Assembly (NCBI RefSeq): GCF_018350175.1
Contig: NC_058368.1
Coordinates: forward strand, 197,224,001 to 197,288,000
DNA length: 64,000 bases
From: Felis catus
Lineage: Eukaryota
Direction of reading: 5' to 3'
The notes under the pieces were generated by a model. It saw only the letters and a program-made list of their open reading frames with translations, had not been told where the DNA came from and did not search any database. The position numbers and the translations under genes are program-made. Positions within the stretch are counted from its first letter, which is position 1, and each line of letters opens with the position of its first letter. This document shows positions 24,672 through 37,912 of the stretch, piece by piece.

Positions 24672-26189
24672 TGAAGAGTTTTAAAGTTGTACTTAAAAGC
24701 AGTTTGCAACAGGAGCCAATGACACACACACACATTCACCCATCCTGAATTTGATCTGGAAACAAAATCTTCTGAGCAATGAAATAAATACTATTTTTTT
24801 TTTAAGTCACAATGTTTTAGGCACCACGAGACTGAACAATCTTAATTTTTCCAAGAACAAGGGCAAAAAAAAAGTCAACTGGCAAAAGGCCGTCGGAGTG
24901 ATTTTTTAAGACGGAAAATCAGCTGGTCAATGCCTTCGAGATGAAAATCGAAGGTTCTGAAAAATGAAGTCGTCTTTCACATGCATAGCAAATCTTTAAG
25001 CGCGATGGGGAAATACAACTTCATTCCGCGATGAAGTTTGCACGTGAAGCTCTCCCCAAATGTGACAAAGATAATTTAAAAGTGTTGGAGCACAAGAGCA
25101 CCTCGGGAGGGGAGGGGTGGCCGGCCTCCTGGCAAGTTTAAAGGAGACAGTGAGTTGAACTGAGCAGGAAACAAGCTGAGCATCCAATTAGTCCATCAGG
25201 CTTTCCCTCCCTCCCTCTGGCCATCCTTTTTTTTTTTTTTTTAAATCTTAGGTGCTTCTCTCTCATAGATAGTGCGTGGGTGGCCTGGGTTCCAGTTCCC
25301 TCCCTGTTCTTACCTGGTTCTACCATCTTGGACAAATCCTCCCTCTGCAATCAATGAGGGGCTTGGACAAAATGATCTGCAAGATTCCCTCCAATTAAAA
25401 GCTGGGTCTGGCTCTGCGTGTCCTTTTCTGGGCTTCCTTCTCCCTCCCCCCGCTCCACCCCCCTTCTCTCCCTGAACTGGTCTCGACTTTTAAACTAGAC
25501 CGCGTTGTCTGTCATTAGATGAGTCTCTTTCAAAAGCAGAGGATGGCGTGACTGCCCTCTCCCAAACACCAAGACCTAAGTTATGTTCTCCTTACTGATG
25601 CGGTATCTGCACAAAATTTGCCTTCCTCCCCTGAGGGTTGCCTGACCTTGTAGATAACAACGTTCCCACATTCTAATTGAGTCGTCTTTAAAATAGTCTT
25701 TAAAAGGCAGGAGCACCTATGCTATCCTGGGGCATAATGAAAAGAGCGACGAAACTGACTTGGAGACAGTACAACTGTGAATCACTGGCTGGAAGTGTAA
25801 TAAAAACAGTGGAGCTTCTGGGTGAATGGTGTAACATCGAGCAGGGAATCAACCGGTTCAGAAATGAACTTGCAACCGCCCCGGGCCCAGGAAAATCACC
25901 GATGGCAGGAGCTGTCACACGTCTCCTCCCCACGGCCTCATTAGGGCCCAGAGTACCCGGGGTGTGTTCACAGGTATTTCCTACATACCGAGGAGGAGCC
26001 CCGACTGTGGATCCAGGCATTTCACGGGTAGAAAGCAGTTGCCTGAAAGCTTAGGGTGGGGCCTGTATAGAAGAGTATCTGGCACTTTACAACAGGATCC
26101 TTGAATTTGATTTTGGGGTTGAATCAGGGCCTGCAGCCCTGATCCCGTTTCCTGGGGTAAGGCCACAGAGACGTAGGATCCTTGCATTG

Positions 26190-26435
26190 AGGCACAGAGG
26201 TTAAGGGTGTGGACGCTGGAGTCAGGAAGGCTGAGTTTCTATTCTAGCCCTGCTGCCTGCCGGCTGTGTGACCTTGAACAAGTTAAGGGCGTGACACCTG
26301 TCTCAGTTTGCTCATCTCTAGAGTGGGAATAATTCATGTCATCGGTGAGTATTATATCACTTAAATTATATAGAAGTGCTTAGTACACAGCTTGCATGTA
26401 ACTCGGGCGTGGTAAATACAAGCAATGATTAATAT
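26190..26435 (+). mobile_element. MIR
   Basis: ggttaagggtgtggacgctggagtcag...gctgtgtgaccttgaacaagtta...ctcagtttgctcatct. Confidence 0.75.
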
Positions 26436-26449
26436 TAAAAGATCTCTGG

Positions 26450-26665
26450 GGGGCACCTGGGTGGCTCAGTGGGTTGAGCGTCTAACTTCGGCCCAGGTGA
26501 TGATCTCAGGGTTCGTGAGTTCAAGCCCCAGGTCAGGCTCTGTGCTGACAGCTCGGAGTCTGGAGCCTGCTTCGGATTCTATGTCTCCTTCTCTCTCTGC
26601 CCCTTCCCAGCTTACGCTCTCTTTCTCTCTCTGTCAAAAATAAATAAACTTAAAAAAATTTAAAA
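26450..26665 (+). mobile_element. Can-SINE
   Basis: TSD aaaagatctctg / aaaagacctctg. Confidence 0.94.
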
Positions 26666-28901
26666 GACCTCTGAAGCCACGCACTCCCATCTCCAACTCA
26701 GTATAGGAACTTTTTCTGAATGGCTCCTGTCACTTGCTACCGAGTTGGGTTCAGACACTGTCAAATCCATTTTTGGACCAGTCCAACTTGGGCAAAGGTC
26801 TTCTGGATTTTTCCCTCCCTCCTGTCAGGAAGAGTGGCGCCCTGGCTGCCGCCTGTTCCCCACCTTAGAGGCTCCTCCTCTTTCTCCCCCCATCTCCGAG
26901 CTGTCTGTGTACGGGTTTCCGTGGGCTGTAGAGGTGGGTGGTTGACACGCTTTTGATGTACCCTGAAGAGGAATGTGTGACTTGGGTGTTTCCTGTGGTG
27001 GGAACAGAGGCTATGATCTGCGCTTTCCTGGGGCGGTGTATTTTGGGCACATCTGCTGTTCCCTGGGGGACGCGTTGGCACGTCGGTTGTGTGTGCATAC
27101 TGAGAATCGGTGAGTGATTTGTTTTCTGGAAACTGTAGGGAGACCGTGAGGGCTGCTTTCCCGTAGCGCAGAAGGGCCACGCGTGTGCCCCCTCATGGCG
27201 TCATTACACCTGTGTTCATCGTGTGACTCCCTGGGGCCGGTCAGAGCAGAAGAGGACTGGGAGGTGACCTCATACACTAGACTGTGAGCTGCAAGAGGGC
27301 AGGGACCACGGGTGTCTTGTTGGCCACTGTACTATTGTGTGCCACGTACGTGAGTGCTCAAAAGTATTTGGTGGATAAATTAAAGAGCGAATAAAATGAG
27401 TCCCTTGGTTTCATTTAACAAATGAGAAGGCTGAGGCCCGGAGGGAGGGGAGAGAACTTAGGCTTGCTTGCGTCAGTGTCTGAGGGTGTGTGTTCTAGAA
27501 TAACAGGATAAGAGAGGCAACCTGGAGAGTGGCCCCAGGGTCACCGAAAGGTGGGGGAGGGAGTTCACAGACACAGAAGAATACATTTCCATAAATCTGG
27601 AGTCGTGCTGAGGCTTAGCATTAGCCCAGGTGGGCCGACGGGGGTTGGGGGTGGGGTGGGGTCCGTGGTCTAAGATGCAGAAGCATAAGGGGACAGCTCA
27701 GAAAGAAGCTGAACAAAACAGCATGGCTGAATGCCCAAGGAAAGGCCTGGAAGGATAAGGGATAGCAGTGAGAGAGCGGTTACTCTGTCAGAAACTGCGC
27801 TCAGCCATATGCATACGCCATCTCGCTGAGTTTTCGAGTTCAGGAGGGGGACCTTATTAATATCCCTCTTTTACAGACGCGGAAACTGAGGCCCGAAGAG
27901 CTGAGGTCACTCGCCCAAGGCCACACCGTTAGTATGGCAGCAGGACCTGAACCTAGGCAGTTCTCACCACGATGCTTTACTGCCTGCCATGCACCAGTGC
28001 CAACACGGCTTCCTCTGGGGAGGGAGTGGGCTTGGGGGAGGCTACAAAGGGCATCTAATTACTCCCCAGACAGTAATCATCCATCCCTTGTCTAGCCGAT
28101 TTCCAATGTGCACATACATTTCACACAGATTTAAGAATAACGTTTGGAGGGTACAGCCCAGGAAACTGGGCACGGTAACGCAGCATCTGTGGCCAAGGAT
28201 GAAGACGCCATGATGGTTGCTCCCCTCCCCCCCCCCCCAATGAGTGGATGGCAGCCTTGAGCCACTTCCCCGGCACGAGAGGGGCAGCCCGACAGGTGTG
28301 GGTGTTGGGTCCCTCAGAGAGGCAGGCTCTGCAGGTGCTGGCAGCTGTCACAGAGCAGAGGCAGGGGCGCTCTGGGAAACCCCCAGTCCCTGCACAGATG
28401 GCCCGGCCTGGCCCCACTTTCCCGTGTCAGCAGGTCCGTAACACGGTCTGTCACCCCAAGACGACATTGTAAAAGCCTTGCTGCAACAGAAACTCTTCCT
28501 CAGCCTCTCTCTGCCAGGCTCATCAGTGTGTTCTGTGGTCATGGCGGGGAGCTGGCAACATGGCCACGCCACCTTCTTCAGAAGTATGTTGTCAGGACAT
28601 GTGTCAGAACGGCACGCTCTTGGCCAGACAGGCTGCTCTTGCCTGACAGCCAGCTGCCACGCTCCAGCTCCAGCAGCAAGAGTCTGTCTAGACTCAAATG
28701 GCTCTTTACCTCAGCGAGGTCCCAGGCGAGGACCCTGGACCTCAAGTCCGCGACTGGAGTGATGTATTCTTCACTTGTTGGTCAAGTCACTTGATAAAAT
28801 GAGAATTGTGGATTTTTATTGAGTTGCTAAATTCGGAAAGCTGGTCCCGAAACAATATCATAGAATTAACTTTCTACTCATTTCTATGTTAATCTTATGA
28901 T

Positions 28902-28913
28902 AAGAAAGAAGGA

Positions 28914-28953
<40 letters not shown>

Positions 28954-29104
28954 AAAGAAAGGAGGGAGGAAAGAAAAAAAGGAGGGAAGAAAGAAAGAAA
29001 GGAGGGAGGGAAGAAAGAAGGGAGGAAAGAAAGAAAGAAAGAAGGGAGGGAGGAAAGAAAGAAAGAAAGAAAGAAGGGAGGGAGGAAAGAAAGAAAGAAA
29101 GGAG

Positions 29105-29145
<41 letters not shown>

Positions 29146-29202
29146 GAGGAAAGAAAGAAAGGAGGAAAGAAAGAAAGAAAGGAGGGAGGAAAGAAAGAAG
29201 GA

Positions 29203-29234
<32 letters not shown>

Positions 29235-29313
29235 AAAGAAAGGAGGGAGGAAAGAAAAAAAGGAGGGAAGAAAGAAAGGAGGGAGGAAAGAAAGAAAGAA
29301 AGGAGGGAGGGAG

Positions 29314-29359
<46 letters not shown>

Positions 29360-29368
29360 AGAAAGGAG

Positions 29369-29406
<38 letters not shown>

Positions 29407-29415
29407 AGAAAGGAG

Positions 29416-29453
<38 letters not shown>

Positions 29454-29462
29454 AGAAAGGAG

Positions 29463-29508
<46 letters not shown>

Positions 29509-29511
29509 AAA
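28902..29511. repeat. Pure purine (GAAA)n/(GGAA/GGAG) tract, 610 bp
   Basis: Only A and G seen on the plus strand across the interval. Confidence 0.97.
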
Positions 29512-32500
29512 CCCATATACTTCTGACTGAATTCAATAAAACACTTCAAGATTAAAAAACAACAATAAAAGCCCTCAATTCTTTCTTTTAGGTCAGCTTG
29601 GTTCCTATTTCAGCATAAGCAGAAACTCAACATAAGCAGATGGCCAGCATGTACCCCCATCCTGCTCTTCACTGGGGTTGCGCTGGGGGGCTCAGCCCAG
29701 AGGGGCAGCACGGGGCCTCTTTCTAAGGACTCAAATAGATCTGTGTTCTCATTTCTTTCCCGCAGATTCTCCTCCCCACCTCTGGGCCAGGGACTCATTT
29801 TGTTAGCTGGGGGTAAAGGAGTCCTTTTTGCTCTCTCTAATTTACACTTTCTCTAGAATGTTTAGCTTTGTAGTGGATCCTTCCTGTTCTAAGGGCACAA
29901 ACTTTTGAAATTCAAAAGCCAGGAAGTGACCTCTTTTGTCTCTGCCTCCTGCTGCCCATCCTGGCCCTGAGGCCTCCTTCACTGAATAGAGGGAAGGAGC
30001 AGGAGGGCTGGGTGAAGGAAGTACCAGTTAATATTTCAAGACTATCATCTTGCTGCACTTGGGCACGGGGTTCTAAAAATACGATCTATAGAGCTGGGTA
30101 TGAATGGCTGAGAAATAGTTGAGACTTGCTGCAGGAGGGGGAAATCCTTAGGGTGTTTGGCATTCCCCCCCCCCCCCCCCTTGGAGGTGGCTCCTGTCAA
30201 TCAACACCGCGTCTCTTGTCATTGCTGACTCTTGTCCCTCATATCTTTACCAAGCCCCCAATCAGGGACACTGAAGGGCCGTGAAAAGAGCTAAACGCTA
30301 ACATGAACTGGGCAATTACTAGGTGCCAGGCCCTGTGCTAAGTTCTTCAGACCTACCATCTCACTGAATTCTCAAGCCCCACGAGACAGATACCCTAGGA
30401 TCCCTCTTCTATCCAAGGGTAATCTGAGGCACAGAGAGGTTAATTAATTGGCCTGAATTCACACCACATGCAGACACTGGAGCTAGGATTCAGGCAGGCA
30501 TTGGAGGTCTAGAAGAGGCTTGGTTTTGCCTCCGAGTGTATCCTGAGGGAAAGAAGGGGACCTGGCCAGCCAGGCAATCCCAACAAGCATAATGGCTGTC
30601 TTGCCCTGGGGCCTCGAGGCACCCTTTCCAGCATCTCTACAGCTTATCTGAGAACACTATTTGGGTTGCTTCCGAGGCCCTGGAAACCATGTCGGAAATA
30701 GAGGGACTCCAGGAAGCTACCAATTGTCTTTGTGCTATGAGTGACTCAGTCCCTTGGCCTCCGAGCCAGAGGTTTTAATACTTATACAATGTTTGCTTCC
30801 TGAGACTGGCAGGCCATCAGGCTCTGACAGACTGTTGGGAAATTCAAGGAACATCAGCTGTCACCCGGGCTCCCCTTGACTTATGGGTTTTCAGCATCAG
30901 AAGGGAAGGCATATAGAAAATATCTCGTCTAGAGCTTTCCTTTTTTTTTTTTTTTTTAAAGCTTCAAACCCTTCCTTGAAATGATGAAATGGCCTCTAGG
31001 TTGTCCGGATTCATTGCAAACCATGCCTGGAATGCAAACACACGGTGACCTGGGAGTTATTCAGGGAAATCCCCTAGACCAGGGGATGCTTGCGTTGGAT
31101 GGGGCTCCCAGACACGCTTTATTTGCGCGGCGCGGTGTTTGTTTTTAAATCCTTCCACATCACCATGGTTCCCACCTCTTCCTTTTGCCTCACCCCTAGC
31201 CAGCTTCTCTCCCACACGGCCAGGCACTTGAAGGCACTGGCGTTGTGATCACCGCCCAGGGCCCACACAGCTGCTGTGACTGAAGTGATGTAGGGTCTGA
31301 CGCGCGCCACCTACTTGTGACCCCCTCTCTCTCCAAGCTAGCACTCAGGACGGACACCTTCCTTAGGCTCCTCCTCCTCCACATTTTACGGATGCAGCTT
31401 GCAGCCCTGAGGCTCCGTGAGGCGAGGAGCTCGCTCAGGGTCGCTGCCACCCTGGCCACATCAGATGTTCTCCAGCAGGGAGATGTTCTCCCTTCTGATC
31501 AGGGACCGTTTGCCCAAGAACAGGCCAAAGTCAGGTACAAGTGACACCAAAGCCATCCCAAGCAGCTTCGGTGCTCAGGGGGCAGAGGTCCCCCAAAGCC
31601 CCCTCTCTGGTGTCCAGAGTGCTTGCCTCACGGCTCCAAGTTCGACAGGGCTCTCCTGGATGACCTTGGCCATCATCCATTCACCTGCAGGCACGCTTAC
31701 TGCACAATAGCACCCCCCCCCACCCCCCCAATCTGGGCTGTCAGGCCTTCCTTTCCCCAGGCTGGGAGGATGGCTCACCATGGTTCTACTGTGTCTCATC
31801 TGCTCCCTCCCTCCCTCTTTCTTTCTTTCTCAGTCCCTCTCTCCTTCTCTCTTCCTCTTCCCCCTCCCCACCTTCCCCCTGTCTTCCTTCCTCCTCGGTC
31901 TTACCAAGATTTCTGTTAATATCTGGTTCTTCCCTGGGAGACGGAACCAGTTATTTTTTGTGAGGCCTCAGGCAGGACACGCCCCATTCCTGGGTTACTG
32001 TTTTTCCCATCTATAAAGGAAAAGGTTTGCATTCTTGGATCTCTCAGTTTCCTTTCGGAGCCAATATGCTATGCATATTAAACACAAGTGCAACACAAAA
32101 TGCCTTCAGGGGCCAGGCAGGTAATGTCAGTGCAAAATCAATCCAAGGGGATCAAATTGACAAGATTCGCTCACCTAATGGAGAAGAAGCTGCTAGGCCC
32201 CAGGGGATTATTGTCCTGCAAAAACATGTTAAGGTCCCAAAAAGGCGTATCTGTGGCGGGATATATTCTGCCTGTGGGCCACCAGTTTGGGATCCCTGCA
32301 TCCAGGCAGATAGATGACCACAAAGTCACTTCCAATTACCATCTGAGAAGTCACATGCTCACCATATGCCTGTAGGATCTGGAAGAGTAGAATATTCCTA
32401 AAATGAGGTCTTGCAGAGCCCCAGGCTGGATAAGGGAGCACCATATAAGCATGTCAATCTCAAGGTCCTGGCTACATTACTTCCTCAGGGACGGGCATGG

Positions 32501-32749
32501 GTTTTCAATTTTTCTGACCATGAACCACTAGAAGAAATTACTTTTGCAAAATGACCCAATACACAAATACGTGAAACCAATTTTTCGCAAACGAGACTTA
32601 TTTTTAGTACACATGATACGTACTGATCTTTTCTTTCTCTATTCCATTCCATTTGAATACTTCATGCTATTTCATTAAAAAATGTTGCTTGCCACCCAGC
32701 AATATGTGTAAGTTCAGAGATGAAAAGAATGATGAAGATCATTCTAGGT

Positions 32750-32940
32750 TTGTACTGTCCCACAGGCTAATCATTTTTTAAATGTGGCCAAATTAACATC
32801 AGTTAAGTAAAATTAAAAATCCGGTTTCCCAGTCACACTAGCCGTATTTTAAGTACTCATGTGGCCACATATGGCAAGTGGCAATTGTATTGGACAGCAG
32901 AAATAGAACATCGTCATGAGTGCAGAAAGTTCTATTAGGT
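32750..32940. mobile_element. MER3-type DNA transposon
   Basis: aaaattaaaaatccggtttcccagtcacactagccgtattttaagtactc...gcagaaagttctattagg. Confidence 0.7.
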
Positions 32941-33264
32941 GTCTTTACAACGAGCCTTGCGGTTTTGCCAAGAAAAGAGACCAAGGCCCACGGTCCTTCA
33001 GAGAGAGAGATTTGAAATTGCGGACGTATGGGTTGGGGACAAATGGAGGTAGCCTCAAAGATGTCTGCCAGGGTCACACGAGGAATCAGGGTGAAGAGTG
33101 GGCCCTTGCAGGTTTATCTCCACTATGGGACCCGCAACTCAAAGGCCACATCTGCAGTCCACAGGTGAGGTGGTTGGATTAGACTCTTAACCTTCACAGA
33201 AAAACCGAAGCAAATTTTCATGGCTCTAGGTGGTATTTATGGAGTAGTTTTTCTGTGAGCTGGA

Positions 33265-33500
33265 GCAAAAACGGGCTATGGAGCCTGTCAGATCTGGGTT
33301 CAAATCCAGCCTTTTCCTCTCGCAAGCTGTATGAGATCGAGCAAAGTGCTATGCCACTGAGCCTCAGTTTCCTGATCTGTAAACTGGGAATGGTATATTT
33401 GCCTTTCAGAATTTTTGAATGGAGCAGAGGTGGCGTAAATGGCTCCTTTCTTCCTGGAAGTGCTTTGTGCCATATTATCTGGTATATTGCAAGTGCCAAG
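33265..33500 (+). mobile_element. MIR
   Basis: gatctgggttcaaatccagc...ctgagcctcagtttcctgatctgtaaactgggaat. Confidence 0.75.
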
Positions 33501-33656
33501 CCAAAGCTTGCTGTAATGATAACGATAACAGCAATAATAATAGCAAAGCTAAATATTGTGGAGATGTAAAGATAAAGTAAATACATCTCCTACTCTATAG
33601 GAAATTCCACGATGGAGTAGGGAAGTTTTTTTTTATTGCATCTTTTTAAAGATATG

Positions 33657-33679
33657 TTTTTAACGTTTTATTTATTTTT

Positions 33680-33710
<31 letters not shown>

Positions 33711-34079
33711 CAAGCAGGAGCAGGCGAGGGACGGGGGGCGGGGGGGGGGGGGAACAGAAGATCCGAAGCGGACTCTGTGCTGACAGCAGCAAACCCGGTA
33801 TGGGGCTGGAACTCATAAACTGCGAGATCATGACCTGAGCTGAAGTCAGAGGCTCAACCATCTGAGCCACCCAGATGCCCCTAAATTTATTAAAATTAAG
33901 TTTATTTATTTTGAGAGAATGAGTAGGGGAGGGGCAGAGAGAGAGAGAGAGAGAGAGGGAATCCTAAGCAGACTCTGAGTGGCAGCATGGAGCCTGACGC
34001 CAGGCTCGAACTCATGAGATCATGACCCAGCTGAAACCAAGAGTGGGTGGCTTAACTGACTGAGCCACCCAGGCACCCC
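33657..34079 (-). mobile_element. Two tandem Can-SINEs (33657-33881 and 33883-34079)
   Basis: Two complete heads in the same orientation, directly adjacent. Confidence 0.92.
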
Positions 34080-35424
34080 TTTTATTACTGCGACTTTAAT
34101 GCCAAACCCAGTCCCTGGGGACTAGTAGGCACTCAATTCATACTTGCCAAATAGCAAATAATGAAAATATGTCCCTAAATGCTACAGCCTAGAATTTCTT
34201 AAAAGAATCAGAGAGGTCTAAAAATGGGGTGCTGACAATCTTACCGATTATTTCTGATTGAAAAGGGGAGGGGAAAGAAAGACAACAACGGAGGACGGGG
34301 CATTTTGTACTTTAAAGTAGGTTGTTGACACATGGTTATCTGGGATGAAGAAGTCAAGACACGGGAAGTAACCAAGAAAGAGAATAAAACGACTAAAAGA
34401 TACTTAGGGGGAAAGATGAATACATTTCCTTCCGAGAGAAAAGGTTTTATAAAAACAAAGATCCTCTCCCTGCCCCCCCTTCCCCAAATCAGTGGGCAAA
34501 AGTTGCTTTTTTTACCTTCAGGAAACAAAGCATTGTTCAGAGTTTAAAGTTGAATCTGTTTATCCAGGGGGATGCGGGGGCAATGTTTACTTTCTGTGCG
34601 TATCAGCAAGTAGTTCTCAATTACGGTTTGGCCCGTGCAGAGTGCCCTGCAAACAGCTTTTCCCGGCCGCAAATGTAGCGGACATCTGTTGTTTTGCTTG
34701 CTCAGCATCTGCTCGGCTGCTTCTGGCAACACAACCTCGTTTTCCCGTGGGGAACCCGCTCCGTGGGGTTTGGGTGGGCTGACCCTCTTCCAACGCAGGG
34801 TCGGGAAGGAGCCCCGGCCGGCCAGTCCAGAGAACCCCAATTCTCTCCCACGTGACTGGCAGGCACGTGACCACGTCCTCTCCGGGGATTTCTACCGGAG
34901 CTCTCCCAGAAGCCATCTGGGTTGCTAAGCTAGGGGAAGGCGGTCCGGGGCTCCCGATGCCATCTCGCCCCCCACGTTGGGACAGCCTTAGTAGATAGGG
35001 ATGGAAGGAGAGGACGAACAGATCCCTGAATCGATCACCTGAGTCTGTGGATCCAGATGGGCCCGAAGCCAGCGGCACATCTGAGCTTCCCAATTATACG
35101 CACCAATATAGCACAGTCTTTTTGTAAAACAATTATGAGTGAGCTTGAGTTGTGGTTTCGTCATATGCAGCCGACTACTTTATGTCTTAATTAATCACAG
35201 TTTTCCCTCTAAATCGTAATCTGCCATCGATTTAAGTTAAACACATTCCAGGACCATTTCATGCCAGACCTCATGTATGTGACGTGATCCCGGCATCTCG
35301 CTGAGGGCACAAGGACGGATGAGGTGGACACGGTCCCCTGTCCTCGTGTGACTTACACTCCAGCAGGGAAAATAGTGGGCAAAGTGCTCCAAGAGAGGAA
35401 GAGGAGTCCGTAGCAGGCACCACT

Positions 35425-35945
35425 GTTGTGGTCTCAACAGCCATTTGTCTCTTCATCTGCTAACAGAACCTCCCTCTCCTGCAGGAAACCCATTTTTGTT
35501 TATCCTTCCCTGAGCAGCCATGTCTTTCTGTCTTTCCTAGACCTGGGGAGGGAGTCCTTATTGGTGAAACTGGCTCTCATAACCTCATTCCTTTGCCAGC
35601 TGATTGACCCAGGCAGAGGCATGTGACGGACTCCTGGCCGAAGAGACAGGAGGGGAGGTCAGGTGGAAGCCCAAGGTTTTCCTTGCCCTTCTCAGCCTCT
35701 GGACGTTTTTGTCTGCCTTGGACGCTGGAACTGCAGCCCTGCCTCCCTCAACGGATCCTGAGGGGAGCCACCTACACTGTAAAGAATTTGGGTGCTTGAG
35801 GAGGCTGCTGAGCCTTTAAATCGACCTGCGTGGATCTGCGATCACCCCTCCCCTCCTCTGGCCTTTCTCTTCTATGAAACAGACATGGCTAGATTCTTGA
35901 AGCTACTTTTAGTTGGGGGCTGTCCCGTATGGCTGCAGGCACTCT
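35425..35945 (+). mobile_element. Old MaLR LTR (MLT1)
   Basis: ggacgctggaactgcagccctg...gctgctgagcctttaaatcgacc...ttgaagctacttttagttggggg. Confidence 0.55.
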
Positions 35946-37409
35946 ACGGAACCAAGGGTGCTATGCTAAGGAGCCTCTGAGCAGTCGAGGAAGGTTTCTG
36001 GAGCCACTCTGGGGATGAAAAAGTTAGCCAAGCAGAGGTGAGGTGAGACAAGGTGGGTGTGGAAGTCAGTGGTGGAAGTGAAACTGGAACGGATGTCTTC
36101 ATGGCGGTACTTTTTGCTGGATGTTTCTCAAAGTGATCAGCCAACCGCCTGCTTCAGAATCACCTGGGGAGGGGGTATGGATTATCAAAATACAGATTCC
36201 TGGGCTTTACCCCATACCTACTGAATCAGACTTTAAGTTTTAAACACGCTCCTCTGGAGAGTCTTTTCTTAAAAGACCGAGAGCCCTTGGGTTAGTGACT
36301 AGAAGACTCACCCACTCTTTGGCACCGCGATGAGAATGTTAGAAATCTTGATATCTGATACTAGTGCACATCAAAAGTGTTGTCACAGACAGATTTATGC
36401 CAATATCCTTCTGAGTATTACAAAGTGTATTTTCTCTGATGTGTTTGCCAATCTTCACAGATGTTTAAAAGTCAGCTGGCAATGAAATGATGTCCTAATA
36501 CAAATAGATTAGCCTCCTCTTAATTCATTAAACCCTTTTCTTTTCTAAAGTTGTCATTTCTCTTAGGAAGAGCTGTTTCTGGTCTGTTATTAGAGCTATC
36601 ACCCCCCCGCCCCCCCCCCCCCCAATCAGGCAGAGATGAACAGTGGTGGCTGCGTGGGCAGAGAGATGAGCAAAGGTGTTTCCTCTCTCTCTAGTGTATT
36701 CTGAGGAATGCGCTTTGAGGTCTCAGAACCAGCTTGTCACGTGGTCACTTGTCCAAACCAGAGTCAGTTCTTGGACACGATGAACCCTGAAACTCGTGGG
36801 TTCGTGGAAACTCTCATAGTCTACCCATTACCAAGACATATAGATGGATCCTTTACCGAGCTTCCCAGTTCAGCCTTTTCCCTCCATCTCTACCAGTCCT
36901 GTCCCAGCCACAAGCATCTCTCCCCTGGCTTCCATCGCTTTCCTACCACACATCTTTCCTAGATCAGTGGCTCTCAACGAGGGGCAATTCCCTGATCCCC
37001 CTGACCCTACACACTGGCGGGGTGGGGGGGGGGTCATTTCAGTGTCTTGACTGAATTTTAGCTCGTGTCTTTGGATTCAACAGCAGAGTCAGGACTAGAA
37101 TCCAGGACTTCTGATGCCAAGTCTAGTGTTCCTGCCATGGCCGCAGGATCCACGGTACCAGAAAAAAGACCTGAACTTAGGAGAGTGGACGGGATGGGAT
37201 GAAATGGAGATGGGCAGTGCAGGCAGAAGAGTCAAGCAGACGGCACGAGCAGGGAGGGGGCTTGGTAGCTGGAGGTACAATACGCTCGGCTAGAACGGCA
37301 TACACAGAGAGCACAGTGCGTTTAGATCTCAAGAGCAGCCGCTCAAAAGTCCAGGAGCCCACAGAATCCGGCTTAACGGGAGTTAATTTGAACCAAGAGC
37401 TCCTGCAAA

Positions 37410-37575
37410 TACGATCTTAAGGAGGGGGTTAAAATTCTGCACCATTGTAGCTCAAAAGCAGCCATAGACAACAGGAAAATGAACGAGCATGGCTGCGTTC
37501 CAATAAAACTTTATTTACAAAGATAGGCAGTGGGCTGGAATTAACCTTCGAGCCACAGCTTGCCCACCCCTGCTA
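37410..37575. mobile_element. MER58-type DNA transposon
   Basis: aaagcagccatagacaac...gagcatggctgcgttccaataaaactttatttacaa...tttgcccacccctg. Confidence 0.75.
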
Positions 37576-37688
37576 CAGATTCATTCAGTGGGCTAGCAGA
37601 AGTGTGTGTGTCTATGCTCAGCGTCCTGATGCCACCCATGTTTCAAAGCCGGCTCAGAGGTTGTCTGGCTGGGTATCAGACTAGATGA

Positions 37689-37912
37689 TTTTTTTTTTAA
37701 TTTTTTTTTTTAACATTTATTTATTTTTGAGACAGAGAGAGACAGAGCATGAACGGGGGAGGGGCAGAGAGAGAAGGAGACACAGAATCGGAAGCAGGCT
37801 CCAGGCTCTGAGCCATCAGCCCAGAGCCCGACGCGGGGCTTGAACTCACGGACCGCGAGATCGTGACCTGGCTGAAGTCAGACGCTTAACCGACTGCGCC
37901 ACCCAGGCGCCC
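37689..37912 (-). mobile_element. Can-SINE, young felid subfamily
   Basis: Perfect 15 bp TSD agactagatgatttt. Confidence 0.96.

Noticed and set aside
25719..26054. 111 aa ORF with protein-like composition
   Set aside because: No recognisable family and no poly-A or TSD to indicate a retrocopy; a BLASTX search would settle it.
28884..29549. 209-221 aa K/E/R-rich and F/L/S-rich ORFs
   Set aside because: Artefacts of the homopurine microsatellite.
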